This document shows, piece after piece, positions 1-13,473 of a stretch of DNA of 64,000 nt. Every line of letters begins with the position of its first letter. Within the stretch, counting starts at the first letter, position 1. This stretch comes from Octopus vulgaris (taxonomy: Eukaryota), in contig OX597823.1 of the NCBI GenBank assembly GCA_951406725.2, positions 65,596,001 through 65,660,000 of the forward strand, read 5' to 3'. The notes under the pieces are model-generated. The model was not told where the DNA came from, did no database searches, and saw nothing but the letters and a program-made list of their open reading frames with translations. The translations under genes and the position numbers were made by a program.

Positions 1-729
1 TCCCCTTTCTCTTCTCATTTTCTTTTCCATTTTATAAGCTCCTCTTATGCACCACCATCCCACACACAGATACACAATTATATATATATACACACACATA
101 TGCATACATATATATTGTTTGATAATAGAAAATGGAAAAAAACGGTTTTCTTCATTTGAAATCACTGCAGTTCTTTCAACACACTCTTATACCTTTAGTA
201 CAGTGGCAAGATGCTGTGTAATCATTATAAGGTGTAACATTGTATAAAAAAAACTGTAGTGATTTTCAAATAAAGCATATCGTTAATTTCTATTATTTCC
301 ATTTTTCTAATTAAAATTTGTTTTAATTAACAGCTTCTCTTAATTTTCCAAACACGCTGCCACTTACCTTGACATCATACATGAATATTCTCTCTACCGC
401 TATATCTTTCTTTATTATTTCTTTACTCTCTTATCTCATCTATCTTCATCTCTTTCTTCTGTCCCTCTCTATACTTTACTATGCTCTAAACTTACTCTCG
501 TTTCGTTGCTTCCTTTTCTCTCTGACTCTCCCTCTATTTATCTCCCTCTGTTAATCCCACAGCCAACTATATATCTATATATCTATCTATCTTTCTTCCT
601 TTCTTTCCTTATTACATTCTTTCTCATTTTTCCTCACAATAAATGCAACTACTGTTTTCTCCATTCAGCATGCTAGATTGAATAATTAGCAGCCAAGAGA
701 AAAAGAAACAGGCTTTGACATGGAACATA

Positions 730-1005
<276 letters not shown>

Positions 1006-1658
1006 CTTTTCTTTTATATATGCATATTTTCCTAAATATATCCCTGTTAGCACACAAATGAGTACTCTCATAAATGTTTCAGATTGGCATAATGATTAAT
1101 ATTGACTTACCATTCACTAAGAATTATTCAGCTGGTTTTCGTGCTGAAGGTAGTAGACAATGTCTATAATTGGATTATATTGAGTTACTAAATTCTACAG
1201 AGCCACAAGCAACTCACAACATATTAATCATTTATATTAATGCTATATGCAACTATACCTAAAACTATCAGATGCTAAATAAATGAGAAATATATTATCA
1301 AAATTTAACATTTCTGACAATAGCATCTGTAATAACATTACGAAGCTGCAAGAAATGTTTAGGTATCACTTGAGTCAAGTTCAACTGTGTAATGTAGAGC
1401 ACCCTTGAGTCTGAAATGTCGAGGTTACAACAAATGCATCTAAATTATGCAGAATTATGGATTGTAACAAAATGAATAACAAGCCAGCTCATAATAAGAT
1501 GAAAAAATTATGCTTGGAAGACTGTAAAGAAACGAATTTAAAAACAAAGTGAATAACATTGTAAATTATACAGTTCTGTATTTAACAGATGATGAATTTT
1601 GTACATTATTTACATTATTTATATTTCACGGATATTTGTCCGTATCTTTTTTGTTGTT

Positions 1659-1704
1659 AACACAACATTTCGGCTGATATACCCTCCAGCCTTCATCAGG
1701 TGTC
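1659..1704 (-). ncRNA. Minimal type I hammerhead ribozyme-like motif (degenerate copy)
   Basis: Minus strand: GACAC-CTGATGA-A-GGCTG..CAGCC-GAAA-TG-TT-GTGTT. The stem III palindrome carries one substitution relative to the + copy. Confidence 0.6.
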
Positions 1705-1758
1705 TTGGGTAAATTTCAAACCTGAGTTCTCATTCCTAAGGTATGTTTCGATGTTATT

Positions 1759-1790
<32 letters not shown>

Positions 1791-1898
1791 CATAATCATG
1801 ATCATGATCATGATCATCATCATCAATAATAATAATAATAATAATAATAACATCGAAAAATACCTTAGGAATGAGAACCCAGGTTCGAAATTTCCCCA

Positions 1899-1944
1899 GA
1901 CACCTGATGAAGGCTGGAGGATATATCAGCTGAAACGTTGTGTT
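1899..1944 (+). ncRNA. Minimal type I hammerhead ribozyme-like motif
   Basis: GACAC (stem I)-CTGATGA-A-GGCTG..CAGCT (stem II)-GAAA-CG-TT-GTGTT (stem I'). Palindromic AACGTT replaces stem III. Confidence 0.7.
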
Positions 1945-4900
1945 AACAACAAAGAAGATGAGACAAATATTCGTCAAGTGTAAATAATGCAAATAACGTA
2001 TTGTAAATTATATAAAATCGTGGGAGCAGAAGGAGAATAAGCCTGAGCGTGTTCAGGATATGAAGGGTAACAGTTTAAGGGTAAACTCGATATATTAAAT
2101 TGCACATGACTTCAACAGAACCAGAGGATAACCAAGTATAACTTCGAAAAAGAATGGTCTAGAAATATTGTTTTACTTCCACAGCAGCTACAACTAGAAA
2201 TAAAAGGATCATACACGTCATCCCCCGAAACTTCTAGAAATAGCGATCAAATCTCCCCCAGATCTTACACTGCGTTTTGAACGAAGGAACACATTGTTAA
2301 ATGCCTTCGTAGATAAATAAATAACAAGTGTAATCAAAGCTGGAACACTTTTAATCATAAGTCAATATGTCAGGCTCAATCAGAACGGACAACAGAGCTA
2401 AAGAAGAATAACAAACATTGGTATTGCTTACTATAAAGTGATTGGCATTAAATATAATTGAACTAGTGCAACTGAAAGACTATATATGCAATGATATTAA
2501 ATCTTTGACAAATTACACTGAGGTTATTATGTACAATGTGTTATACTATACATTATCAATAACTATATGAAACATATCTATTATATATAATTCGAGTCTT
2601 AAGCAATAATTGTTTTGGTTTGGCAGATGTTTGCTAAGATTTGACTACATGTAATTTAATCTGTAACTTCGGATAGCTGTACATAGTGCCAGAAACTGAA
2701 TTTTCAAAGATTTTAAATTATCTTTGTTCAGCTTGAAAGATCATTATTTTCTTTCAAAACATTATCGAATGAATTCTTTTTAAGCCATAATAATACATTT
2801 CTTTCTTGTTTTGATCTGAATTAGAGAAAAGTTACACGATCTTTAATAGAGCAATTTTATGGCTATTACTGGTAATAAATGCGCTTCGTTCAATGCGATC
2901 ACAACTTCTCCCTACAATCAATTGCGCTGTGAATCTTATGAATTATATGCTGCAGGACAGACGCAATAAAAACAAAACACAACAGATCCTACGAATGTTG
3001 AACGTCAACTAAACAATCACACCAATTATAGAATATCTGAGTATTTGTGATCTCGGGGCAATTATTTACACTTAAGTAATTGATAATCAACTTTTACGTA
3101 TGAAGAATTGTTCAACTAAAGATGACTAATGCCTCTTTTGATGATTGCAACAGATGAGAAATTGCAAGCATTTCTTATTTATTGGATTTTGTATCAATTA
3201 TGCTGAGGTAACCTAGGTGCAATACATAGTTATTTTATATAGACAAAATACAGGGCATAGTCACAAAAGCAGAAATTGCTGTCAACTTACATTTGCGTAC
3301 AATAAAAATGTCATATAAACACGCAGTGAGATGATTTAAAATAAGATTTGGAAATATCCTACCTTTGGATAGTTATCGGTCTAAGAGGAACAATATTGAA
3401 ACTTTCAAGTGCAGGGTGCGAAGCTTTAGAAGAGAAAGCGAAGGAAGTAAAGGAGTGATATGTAGGGATCGAGGAGATAAGTTTACGAAAGAGCGTGAAT
3501 TGAGTGGGAGGTGGTATGAGTACTGTGGGTAGATGCATAAGTAGAGTGCAAGTTATACCTTGCGGATCAAAGTAAACTATGGTCAACTTTTATAGCATGA
3601 TCCAAGTCAGTGTGTGGGCGGTGTTACGGGTCAGATGAGGGAACGTGGAGGAAAAGTCGGAATGCAGGGTACATGAGGCTATTGGCAACATACTGAAGTA
3701 AACCAAAGAGGATGGAAATAGGAATAGAATGTCATAGTGAGGAAAATGCCAAGAAAAGGTAAGTGTACAAGTTCAAGGTTGAAAGGAATGAGAAACTTTA
3801 AAGACTGGCCAATTATAAAGACAGTGTGCAGAGAAGAATTATACAGTAGAATACAGAGACACGTTGGAGCGGAGTGGCGGTTGGTTGAAATAACGAAAAG
3901 AGTAAACTTGAACGCTACCTATAACACAATACACATCCTGCGACTCGACTTGTGACCTAAGATTTATTGTAAGGAAAATACAGCGACAAATTAGGCATAG
4001 AGATGGCGAATATATGGCACTGTGGTCCAATAAAAGAAAATGCGATGAAGGTTATGGTGAAGTTGTCGAGTTGCATGGTTGGAAGGTAGGAGGAGACAAA
4101 CCTAGAAGGGCGAGTGTTTATGCGATAGGCAAGGTGACTGATGTATTGTGCTATATAAGGTGCGGCGCTATAGGTGTAAGAAAAAGGTCTTATTATTCAA
4201 CTTGGAAAAAAAGTCAGTGTCGTTGCAGCAGTGCTGGCGTCTCTCATGAAATTTTTCTTCTATAGAAAAACAGTGATAGAGGTAAAAAGATATTTAGCAT
4301 ATTTAACATGGAAAAGATAATTTATTTTTTCAATCTTAATTGAAATAAATCTCATCTTATATGAAAATTTAATGTAGGCTCATAGTGTCTTTGTAATTCT
4401 CTCAGCTAACCCATGAAGAAATTCTCTTTTTGGCAATTATCAAATAAAACCAAAACGTAAAAGATGCCATTATAAATATTTTAAAACATTTCTTTGTTTT
4501 AAAATGTGACAGAATATTTAATTTCAATCCAATGAAGTTCCTTACAAAACTATTTCCTATTATTTCGGTCAACACTAAAAATAGAGAGAGCTGTCAATTA
4601 TTACTTTTATTTTGTAAAGAATTTTGATCGTTGTTTTATAAATTATATTCGATTTTCGTGCAACAGACTCCTATGAGTTGCTTAAATGTAAAAAAAACGA
4701 CAACAAACAAACGATTCCATTGGTCGATGGTTGTGCTTTAAAACAATGAGCCAAATTTACATTTATAGTATAGCAGCTATTTCTGAGTGGGAGACAAAAC
4801 GATATTAAACTAATCTAATTTGAATGAATGATAAACGAATGCTTTTGTAAATGCCTTTGCTATGCTGACATAGTCATTTGCATTTAGGTTCCTCCTGATT

Positions 4901-5086
4901 AGATTCACATGCGGGTATATAATACTTTAGGAATTGCATATTACCAGAAAAGAAGTACATGGAATTTTCTGGTATTTTATACATCTAGTATAGAAGAAAA
5001 ACCACTACAAATAATATAGTCAGTAGATGTACCAAATATATATACATCTATACACACACACACACACAAATACATAACTATGCATG

Positions 5087-5145
<59 letters not shown>

Positions 5146-5158
5146 GCATATGTGTATG

Positions 5159-5193
<35 letters not shown>

Positions 5194-5329
5194 GTTGTAT
5201 AAAGTCAACACAACGTGACAGTCCCGTAGAGGACTTCTGGGGGAGAAAAAAAGGTGGGGTAGGTTTTCGATTAAAAGGGATCGTAAAAAGAAAAAAAACC
5301 AGATAGATAGATAGATAGATATTTATATG

Positions 5330-5496
5330 TACGAGGCGGTATGAAAAACTTTCTAGACTAGTTCATCAGCACGCCAACAAATAGCGCACGGTTGTGTGCA
5401 AGTGAGAGCTGGCACTAACTTTTAGGAAATAGTGTGCCGAATGACATCGCTGTGTTCATTTCGTAAGTTGAAAATTTGTGTTTTGGTGATCACATG
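5330..5496 (+). mobile_element. 5' terminal fragment of a mariner element (same family as 9444-10677)
   Basis: TA-CGAGGCGGTATGAAAAACTTTCTAGACTAGTT resembles the TIR at 9444, and the downstream GACATC..AAAATTTG..GTGATCA segment matches ~9521-9572. Confidence 0.6.
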
Positions 5497-5720
5497 AGGA
5501 GGAGAGAGCAATTAAAACTTACTAAAATCTAGAAATTCTAAATGTATTATTATATCCTTAGTATTTGTTGTGCTTGTTTAACCACGGGCTCATCTAGGTA
5601 TGCGAATATATCACTAAATACTCTGCAAACTCAGTTTTTCTGAAGTACAATGTGTGTATGAATACATTATTCAAAGTGTCGTCCCATTTCTAAGACGATG
5701 GTGGGATATTTGGGGTTAAG

Positions 5721-5975
5721 TAAAGGTAAAGTTAACTTCTGGAGTCATGCCGACTCATAAGGGCCAGTTTCCGGGTTTCATGGCGTAAATATTGCCTACA
5801 TGGACGAGACACATGTCTGTCGCAGGACTACTCGCTTTTGTCAAGCTGAGTGGAGTGGGGAAACGTAGAATGAAGTGTTTTGCTCAAGATCACAATGCGA
5901 CATCTGGTATAAGAATCGTAACCACAATCTTACGATCGTGGGCCCACCACCCAAACCACTAAACAACGCGTCTTC
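5721..5975 (-). mobile_element. Decayed tRNA-derived SINE
   Basis: Minus strand has a tRNA-like head (TAGTGGTT..GGTTACGATTC) followed by a CORE-like TCTTGAGCAAAACACTTCAT segment. Confidence 0.55.
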
Positions 5976-6588
5976 GCATAATTAGGCTTGAACTGTCACT
6001 GTTTAGGAAGCCTTCGAATAAGTAACGACTAGCTCTTTGGATGAGTCTCATTATGTTATTGATAATACTATATCTCTTTGTACATTCGTTTGGCAGTAGG
6101 TAACCGTTATACAACAAAGTCTATGTTATTATTTTACCTCAAGAAAGATTAAAACTGCATCGGAAATATCCAATACCATACATGCATGTTATGTTAAATG
6201 ATCCAAATAACTAAATAACTAATACACTAAGTATATTATCTTGGTGGATTGTTGAATCTTTGCTGTGTTCATGGTTGGAAGGAAACTAACTACATCCACC
6301 TTACAACTCAGATCTTTTTTCAATACGAATCTTTTAAACAGTAGCAAAGGCTTGGAGAAAAGACAAATAATATTGTAAGCATATGAACAGATGTTTGTTT
6401 GAAGTTGGTGTCTACCCCAGAGCTGTAACGGTAATAAATATCGATGTTTTGCGGTACATTATTGCTATAATCTAAGTATGGGTTAAAATCATACTTAGTT
6501 TAACATAATGTACAGGTACTCATAGGCAATTAGCTTTCTCCAGTTCCTCCACACCAAGAAAAGAGAGATAAAATTGTACATGAATATG

Positions 6589-6765
<177 letters not shown>

Positions 6766-7070
6766 GGAGGCGCAATGGCTCAGTGGTTAGGGCAGCGGAC
6801 TCGCGGTCGTAGGATCGCGGTTTCGATTCCCAGACCGGGCGTTGTGAGTGTTTGTTGAGCGAAAACACCTAAAAGCTCCACGAAGCTCCGGCAGGGGGTG
6901 GTGATCCCTGCTGTACTCTTTCACCACTCTTTCTCCCACTCTTTCTTCTGTTGGCCTGCTCGCTTAGCCAGCGGGGTGGCGTCATTCGAAGGCTCAAACA
7001 ATGCGAACGCATTGTGACCAGCGATGTGTAACTACATCTGATGGACTGGTTGGTCATGTGATCACGTGAT
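6766..7070 (+). mobile_element. Full-length tRNA-derived SINE inserted in (TA)n
   Basis: Pol III A box TGGCTCAGTGG (6776-6786) and B box GTTTCGATTCC (6820-6830), ~230-nt non-tRNA body; its 3' half recurs inverted at 27884-28003. Confidence 0.85.
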
Positions 7071-7097
7071 ATACATATAGATATATACATATATATA

Positions 7098-7136
<39 letters not shown>

Positions 7137-7149
7137 TTATATACATATA

Positions 7150-8020
7150 TAAAGTGTGCGATGCGTAATTTGTCGCCATTTTATATTTTTAATATCTTGC
7201 ATGTGCATTGGTTGAGTTTGTCGACTACAAAGTATAGTAGGGTCTGCTGGGCACTGTCTGTCAGCAAGATCGCAATGTGACGCAATTTCCTCCTCTGCCA
7301 TAAATATGCAAACGCGATGCTGTACTGCTTGGCATTCACACCAGAAGCTCCAATACGAACATTTCAGAATGTTGGGTGTCAATCTGAGGTCAGTACAATC
7401 TGAGCATATGTACCGAGAGTGATAACAATCAAACATACAGTCAACATCATGTTGTTTGGAGTGATCACTAGTGACGATGACATGTTCCTCCATTCACCTT
7501 CCAACACTGCCTCGCACTCAAAAACGAGGCCTACCTCAAGTGCTGGAAGAGGTAGTACTGCCCTGGGTGAAGAAGGCGGCTGATGGAAGACCTTATGTCT
7601 GGGAACATGACTCTGCACCATGTCACACAAGCAGAAAAACCCAGTCGTGGCTGTCAGAGAATTTCTGCAACCACATTGCTGCTAACATCTGGCCACGAAT
7701 CTCCTTAGACTGCAATCCCACTTGATTACTATGTGTGGGGTGCTGTTGAGCGAGAGACCAACAAAACTTCTTGTAACACCAAAGATGAAACTGAAGGAAA
7801 GGATTATGGCAACATTCACCAATATAAACAAAGAGGCCTTCTAGAAGAGTTGCAGGAGATTCCGAAGCTGTCTGGAGGCCGTGGTTGAAATGAATGGTGA
7901 TTTATTCAACAAATTTACTCTTTAGATATTTTTATGTAATTTTGGTAAATCTATCTGGTAAATTGAGATGTCAGTGTTATTTCCATTTTTGCATAATTTA
8001 GTTGATAGTCTATTCACCGC

Positions 8021-8026
<6 letters not shown>
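7150..8026 (+). mobile_element. Internally deleted Tc1/mariner transposon, DD37D (maT-like) transposase remnant
   Basis: ORF 7471-7725: WEHDSAPCHTSRKTQSWL..WP..DCNP, continuing LDYYVW after a 1-nt frameshift. 37 residues lie between the 2nd and 3rd Asp. Ends CACCCTATA. Confidence 0.8.
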
Positions 8027-8051
<25 letters not shown>

Positions 8052-8103
8052 TCACACTCACGTTTCAAGAATTATTTGCGAAAAAAGTTCATTATTATTA
8101 TTA

Positions 8104-8149
<46 letters not shown>

Positions 8150-8302
8150 ATTTAATAGTGCTAGAAATATAAGAACTTTTAGTTATACTAAAACATTTTT
8201 AAAATCTAAATCACAAAGTGACAAACTAATATTTTACAATTTACGTTCAGATATAATAATTATAAAATAAAAGTTATTATTATATTTCTAGTACTATTAA
8301 AT

Positions 8303-8960
<658 letters not shown>

Positions 8961-9281
8961 GCATAATCAGTACTTTTTCCGCAAATAATTTTATAAACGA
9001 TAAGTTATATATTTTTACTTTGGAATTTTTCATTATTGTTGACGTAAAGAGTGATCATAAGTTTAAATTGAATTGTTTTTCAATTAAATTTAAATTTAAT
9101 TGTAATTCGAATTTAAATTATAGCCATGAAACGTACGTAGTATTTTTTTACTTATTATATAGTGTTTATTCATTTTTGTACATTTTATGATCTAGTTATA
9201 TGTTTAAAAAAATATATTTTATTTTTTATTTATGATTTGGTTTACATCTGTCATTGAATTGCATAACAGTGGTTTTTCTAA

Positions 9282-9358
<77 letters not shown>

Positions 9359-9443
9359 GTATGCATAAATACAAACATATAGTAAGACAAGCTCTGTAGT
9401 AATGCATTCGGTTCAAAATAGTTCGCTGTTTTCGGAACAAATG

Positions 9444-10677
9444 CGAGGTGGTATCAAAAAGTTAATGGACTAGTTCTGTAGAGCACCAGTAACATTCATG
9501 AGGCAGTGTGCTGAACGATTGACATCCCTATGTTTACTTCTCAAGTTCTAAAATTTGCGTTTTCGTGATCATGCGTATGCCGTTGACTGCAATTTTATAA
9601 TGGATAAAAAGTTGGAACAACGCCAACGTGAAATTTTGCGTTAAACTTGGGGAATCTGCTACAAAGACATTGAGCATGCCTCAGCTAGATTATGGAGATG
9701 AGACAATGTGTCACACTCTATCTTTCGAGTGGTACGTGAGCGTCAAAAGCGGAAGAACTTCAATGAAAGACGACGAGCTACCTAAAATGCTTCTTAGGAA
9801 CTCCAATTCAGGAGATTTGGACAACTTTCATCAGCTTATGTATGAGGATCATTGGAGGACAATCAACGATATTGATGATGATGTTGATATATCATATGGG
9901 TCATTGCAGTCAATCCTAACGTCTGAATTGAGCATGTGGCGTTTCTCTACTACGTTTGAACCCCACCTGCTGATCATTGAACAGAAAGAACATCGCGTTG
10001 AAGTCTGTCAAGATCCCCGTCAGCGTGCCAATGATGACACATCTTTTATGCTGAGGATCATCGGTGATGAGAGTTCGGTCTACAGGTAAGAATCTGAGAC
10101 GAAACGTCAGTCGTGACAGTGCAAGAAGCCTTCACTTCTACGACTGAAGAAGGCATGCTTATATTGTTTTTCGACATCCGCGGTATTTTGCATCGAGAAT
10201 TCGTCCCTCAGGGCCACACTCTCAGTCGAGAGTACTACTGTGACTCTTTGAAGCGTTTGAGGGAAGCCATTCAGTGAACGCGACCGGATCTGTTGAAGGC
10301 AATGTATCGAATTCTTCACGATGACAATACACGCTGTAATTGAGCTCTCCAGACTCGTGAAACAACATGGTATCGCTTCCGCACTCCACCTATTTGCTTG
10401 ATATAGGACCTGCAGACTTCTATCGCTTCCCCAAGATGAAACTGTAGCTCACAAGTCGCCGTTTTAACAGCTTTGTCGAGATCCAGAGTAAATCGCCGAA
10501 GATTTTCGACTCGCTTAAGGAAAACGACTTCCAGGTTGGATTCCAAGAACGGTAGGGACGAAGGGACCAGTGTATTGCTGCGCAAGGTGACTATATTTCG
10601 AAGGAGATGATATTAGAACTTTTAAGTTTTTGTTATTAAACATAACTAATCCGGGAAGTTTTTTTTATACCTCCTCC
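9444..10677 (+). mobile_element. Full-span decayed mariner transposon (transposase pseudogene, ~30-bp degenerate TIRs)
   Basis: ORF 9628-10089 KFCVKLGESATKTL..YGDE..FEW..SGRTS..IIGDESSVY (mariner HTH region and first catalytic Asp); later HDDN and disrupted PxSPDL-like motifs; TIRs ~9444-9475 and ~10645-10677. Confidence 0.85.
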
Positions 10678-11852
10678 TAAACGATCAATGTCCCCTTCAT
10701 TACTGCAACCAAACTGGAGTCTATTTACATTCAATTCATTGATTTTCCGATTGACAATTCATTCAGGTAATCTGTGAAGTAGCTATTTACATAATTATTT
10801 GAGTTAGCATGAATGCTTATCACTTCCTTATAGCTTCTCTTTTCAGGTACTTCATGGCAATGAAGTAAGTCTCTGTAGCAGTTGGTGCCATTGATGTGAT
10901 TTCCATCACATGTTTTCTGAGGTCTATCTTTACAGCCAGTCGTGTTACATCAGAGTACGTCATCAACATCCTACGCTGTTTTTGGTAATGAAGCTGATAT
11001 CATACACCGATATTAACTACATCTAATGCTATAAACCTTTATTGCAAAATAAGCATGATGAGCAGAGCAGCCGCACGTAATTATGAGAACTTGAGACACA
11101 ATTTTTCCTGTTTTACAACGTTTATTCTTAGGCCATAGTACAATTTTACAATCTGCCAAATATTATAGTAAACTATGTTTTGTCAATTTCCTTCAGCTAA
11201 TTAATAAAATGGTATGAAGTGCAACAACTGTTTTAGTAATTATAAAAATATATTTGCCCCCGCATTATTTACGGAGCTTTATATTTAAATCATTAATGAT
11301 ACAGCTTATGGCTAATATATAAGTGTACATAAACGTGGAGCAATACAACAAAATAAAATAATCACTGTGAACCATTAGCTATCTTCTTCAACAGTTATTA
11401 CGCTTCAATATCTATTGAGTCATTTAATTGCTTCCGCTGTTAGTATAAGCTGGAAAAATTAACACTACGTAGCACACAATATTTTGTATAAAAAACATTT
11501 TCGAAGTAAAATTTGCAGCATAAATTTTCAAACATTAAGAACCATTTTACTGTGAATATATCCTGAATTGAGTCAGTATATTCGATAATTAAGTAAAAGC
11601 TGACGGAGTCACACAGATGCCATAAAATGAATAGATGTTTTACCACTTTAGAGACAATGCTTAAAACCGCATCAAAGAAGAACAAATTTCAAGTATTGAT
11701 ATGCATGTGTAAATATATTTATTTAGGCAAGTTTTTTAATTCACACAAGTGAATTCATGCTGCCAAGAAATAAAGGTTCGTATCACCGTAATCTGTCTTC
11801 TAATATATACTTTCAACTCGCATGTTGCTCTTTTAAGGAGAAGAAACTTATA

Positions 11853-12437
11853 ATCCTTTCTACAGGAGTTACAAGGCTTCAAATATGTGGAGTGAGGATT
11901 CGTTGATTATATCGACTCCAGTGTTTCACTGGTACTTAATTCATCGACACCGAAAGGATGAAAGGCAAAGTCGATCTCGGCAGATTTTGATCTCAGAACG
12001 TAGCGACAGGCGAAATACCTATTTCTTTACTACCCACAAGGGGATAAACACAGAGGGAACAAATAAGGACAGACAAACGGATTAAGTCGATTATATCGAC
12101 CCCCAGTGTGTAACTGGTACCTATTTAATCGACCCCGAAAGGATGAAACGCAAAGTCGACCCCGGTGGAATTTGAACTCAGAATATAGCAGCAGACGAAA
12201 TACCTATTTCTATTTCTTTACTACCCACATGGGGATAAACACAGAGAGAACAAACAAGGACAGACAAACGGATTAAGTCGATTATATCGACGTCAGTGCG
12301 TAACTGGTACTTACTTAATCGACCCCAAAAGGATGAAAGGCAAAGGCAACCTCCGCGGAATTTGAACTCAGAACATAACGGCAGACGAAATGCTGCAAAG
12401 TATTTCGCCCGGCGTGCTAACGTTTCTGCCAGCTCGA
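11853..12437 (-). mobile_element. Abundant SINE-like family, internally multimerised (~3 units of ~185-190 bp)
   Basis: GATGAAA.GCAAAG recurs at ~11957, ~12142 and ~12332. The minus-strand head GAGCTGGCAGAAACGTTAGCACGCCGGGCGAAAT..GAGTTCAAATTCC contains a B-box-like motif. Confidence 0.8.
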
Positions 12438-12585
12438 CGCTGCAAACGTGCTAGGCACTTTATTAAATAATAATAATAACAATAATACCTATTTAACTTT
12501 AAATTATATATATATATGTGTGTATGTGCGTGTTTTCCTGTGCAGATAGAGGGGGGTATAGATAGAAAGATATAGATATAGATAT

Positions 12586-12741
12586 ACGACGGGCCTCTTT
12601 CAGTTTCCATTTACCAAATCAACTCACAAGGCTTTGGTCGGCCCAAAGCTATAGTAGAAGACGCTTGTCCAAGGTGCCACGCAGTGGAACTGATCCCGGA
12701 ACAATGTAGCTGGGAATCAAGCTTCTCACTACGCAGCCACG
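12586..12741 (-). mobile_element. tRNA-derived SINE (second family)
   Basis: Minus strand GCGTGGCTGCGTAGTGAG..GGATCAGTTCCACTGCGTGGCACCTTGGACAAG; partial second copy at ~35585-35672. Confidence 0.7.
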
Positions 12742-13310
12742 CTTTTCATGTAAGTTTTGTATGTGGAAGTATCATTCCGAGATCAGAGATATCATGCATG
12801 ACAAGTTTTCGAAATTATGTTTTTATAAGTTTTTATTTGGAACAATCATATATTTATTTTGAGGTTTAATATTTGTAACTTGGTGTTTTAGTTGCACCAT
12901 CATAGATTAACAGAGAACGAAAACGCATTACTAGGCTGATTCTCTTATAACTATTTTACTTGTATGGCTTTCATCATAAATCGAAGGCGAGATTGAATAG
13001 TAGATGCAAAAGCAAGGATGCATTTACTTTAGTAAATGAAGGACGCATGAGACAAATATTGGCACAGAGTTATACAGAATGCGAAAGAAAGGGATTTGGA
13101 GAGCATCCTATTGAAAGTCAGTGCAACAGAATGGTGTGACTTCCAATTTTATATACAAACAAGAGTAACATATGAATCTCATACATGGATATCTTATCTA
13201 ATTTCGTGTCAAACACAAACTAAGTCTCATTCTAATTGTACTGATGTAAGTGCTGCGTGAGATGGAAAAAAATAGCGACCAATTTAATATTGGAGAAGTA
13301 TTTTTCTAGA

Positions 13311-13323
13311 AGTAGTATTAGTC

Positions 13324-13388
<65 letters not shown>

Positions 13389-13419
13389 GGTGGTGGTAGC
13401 AGTAGTAGTAGTAGTAGTT

Positions 13420-13472
<53 letters not shown>
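13311..13472. repeat. (AGT)n/(GGT)n microsatellite
   Basis: Read directly. Confidence 0.95.

Positions 13473-13473
<1 letters not shown>

Larger units (their letters stand above)
1571..1999. mobile_element. Inverted pair of Penelope-like pLTR-type short elements around an (ATC)n/(AAT)n tract, with 13-bp TSD
   Basis: ~1606-1757 is the reverse complement of ~1846-1996. ATTGTAAATTATA is repeated directly at 1558-1570 and 2000-2012. Each arm carries a hammerhead-like motif. Confidence 0.8.

Noticed and set aside
3360-4200. Purine-rich block that may be an old LINE remnant
   Set aside because: No diagnostic motif is recoverable by eye.
6766-6840. tRNA gene
   Set aside because: A and B boxes are present, but the acceptor stem is poor and the sequence continues into a repeated SINE body.
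11853-12437. CRISPR-like array
   Set aside because: The units are long diverged SINE bodies without unique spacers; eukaryotic context and no cas genes.
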